Shown here piece after piece: positions 63,703-64,000 of a stretch of 64,000 nucleotides of DNA. Below the pieces are notes generated by a model. That model had not been told where the DNA came from. It saw only the letters and a program-made list of their open reading frames with translations, and did no database searches. Numbering within the stretch: position 1 is the first letter of the stretch; each line of letters opens with the position of its first letter. The DNA is from an uncultured Alphaproteobacteria bacterium. Lineage in GTDB: Bacteria > Pseudomonadota > Alphaproteobacteria > HIMB59 > GCA-002718135. The position numbers and the translations under genes were made by a program. The stretch lies in NCBI GenBank assembly GCA_902582755.1, contig CACHSZ010000001.1:113774-177773 (forward strand), in the 5' to 3' direction.

Positions 63703-64000
63703 TTAAAAATCTTTAGTAACTTTTAAAAAAACATCTTCTAAATCTCCCTCAGATGTATTTATTTCACTGAAGTTCATTTTATTTTCAATAAGGATATCAA
63801 TAATTTTTTTTATATTAGTTTCATTCTTGTCATAACTTAATTTTAAAATATTTTTATTAAGAATAGGTTTATATTTTTTTAATTCATTAGGAATTATAAA
63901 TTTGTTGTCTAGAACAAATGAAACTGTTTTAGTAGATATAATATTTAATAATTCTTTTTTCGATCCCTCAATAATTTTTTTACCATGATTAATTATGGAA
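63703..64000 (-). CDS. C-terminal part of an ABC-2 type ATP-binding protein (5' end outside the window)
   Basis: Hand translation: SIINHGKKIIEGSKKELL...SEINTSEGDLEDVFLKVTKDF*; the LEDVFL tail is typical of ABC-2 ATPases. Confidence 0.75.
   Translation of the reverse strand, partial: SIINHGKKIIEGSKKELLNIISTKTVSFVLDNKFIIPNELKKYKPILNKNILKLSYDKNETNIKKIIDILIENKMNFSEINTSEGDLEDVFLKVTKDF

Overview
This is a very AT-rich, densely packed stretch of chromosome from a streamlined alphaproteobacterium, probably a marine SAR11/HIMB59-type organism (inferred from gene content, gene order and tiny intergenic gaps). The window has two parts. (1) About 1-29.1 kb is a phosphorus-starvation island. It holds a phosphonate catabolism cluster (phnA, phnY, phnW, phnZ) with unusual accessory genes: a UgpB/UgpC-type ABC system, a short MetE-like Zn thiol-alkylating enzyme, an Fe-alcohol dehydrogenase, a SAM-methyltransferase-like protein, a metallophosphodiesterase, an AllA-like protein, a Cys-phosphatase and a secreted polysaccharide-lyase-like protein. 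These are followed by pit/DUF47, arsC, ppk1-sixA-ppx, an aqpS-like channel, plcP-agt lipid remodelling, a SET-domain gene overlapping a membrane-anchorless phoR, and pstSCAB-phoU-phoB. Five Pho-box arrays (11-bp period) can be read directly from the DNA. (2) About 29.2-64 kb is core chromosome: murJ, trpS, nfuA, tsaB, rimI, miaB, phoH, ybeY, corC, lnt, trmB, nusA, infB, rbfA, truB, rpsO, pnp, glpQ, fabI/B/A, coaBC, ubiE, mutM, rpsT, dnaA, dnaN, recF, gyrB and regBA. I saw no tRNA, rRNA, CRISPR array, integrase or transposase. The best candidate for an undescribed system is a PhoB-controlled pathway that scavenges phosphonate esters (phosphonoglycan or phosphonolipid fragments) and funnels hydroxyethyl, aminoethyl and possibly methylated phosphonates into PhnY-PhnA. 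All calls are by motif recognition only; no database searches were run.
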